Below are positions 63,801 through 64,000 of a DNA stretch of 64,000 nucleotides, one piece after another. The translations under genes and the position numbers were made by a program. The stretch comes from Dicyema japonicum. Its lineage: Eukaryota; Animalia; Dicyemida. The notes beneath the pieces are model-generated. The model was not told where the DNA came from. It ran no database searches and saw nothing but the letters and a program-made list of their open reading frames with translations. How positions within the stretch are numbered: position 1 is the stretch's first letter; each line of letters starts with the position of its first letter. Where the stretch lies: the NCBI GenBank assembly GCA_011109175.1, contig RDEW01000018.1, forward strand, positions 16,895-80,894, in the 5' to 3' direction.

Positions 63801-64000
63801 TAACCTTATATCTCGGTTCTTTTCCTTGGGGATTTAACATCTCTACTTTACTCCGAGATTTTACTTTTCTATTTTCCTTGGGATTTAACTTCTCTCTATT
63901 TTGTTTCTCTTGAGACAAAACTTAGTGTTGTTAATGTTTTCAAGTGATAAATTTGTCTTATCAACCCGGACAGTATCAACGCCTCGGGTTCTTATGACAT

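Noticed and set aside
1-64000. Prokaryotic systems (CRISPR arrays, retrons, group II introns, DGRs) suggested by the many RT fragments
   Set aside because: The RTs carry APE or RLE domains, tails and TSDs of eukaryotic non-LTR elements. No repeat-spacer array was seen, and the host genes have spliceosomal introns.

Overview
AT-rich eukaryotic (animal) genomic DNA. Five conserved host genes can be rebuilt by hand once very short GT-AG introns are removed: rpSA (6389-7195, -), CHMP5/Vps60 (12760-13418, -), an innexin (16485-17705, +), ALG1 (41014-42574, +) and a USP7-type deubiquitinase (57967-61614, +). There are also two or three orphan genes with the same intron type. Every intron I could define (more than 30) is 20-27 nt long. 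With the innexin, this suggests a miniaturised-intron parasitic animal such as a dicyemid; myxozoan or orthonectid is not excluded, and the lineage is inference only. About 40 kb of the 64 kb (sum of my approximate boundaries) is transposon-derived: APE-type LINEs (Jockey/I-like and RTE/BovB-like), RLE-type non-LTR elements (CRE-like with an N-terminal PHD finger; R4/NeSL-like), a pogo/Tigger relic, two TSD-bounded hAT-like elements and a complete TIR/TSD-bounded Ginger-like integrase transposon. The most notable structures are: (i) both hAT-like elements carry a large antisense LINE within about 60 bp of the left TIR; (ii) the DNA-transposon genes contain host-sized micro-introns; (iii) a degenerate 2A-like motif precedes a LINE endonuclease. 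Four of the five housekeeping genes show or appear to show 1-nt indels at homopolymers (USP7 checked only partly), so many frameshifts, including those in TEs, may be assembly errors. All calls come from reading motifs by eye; no database search was run.
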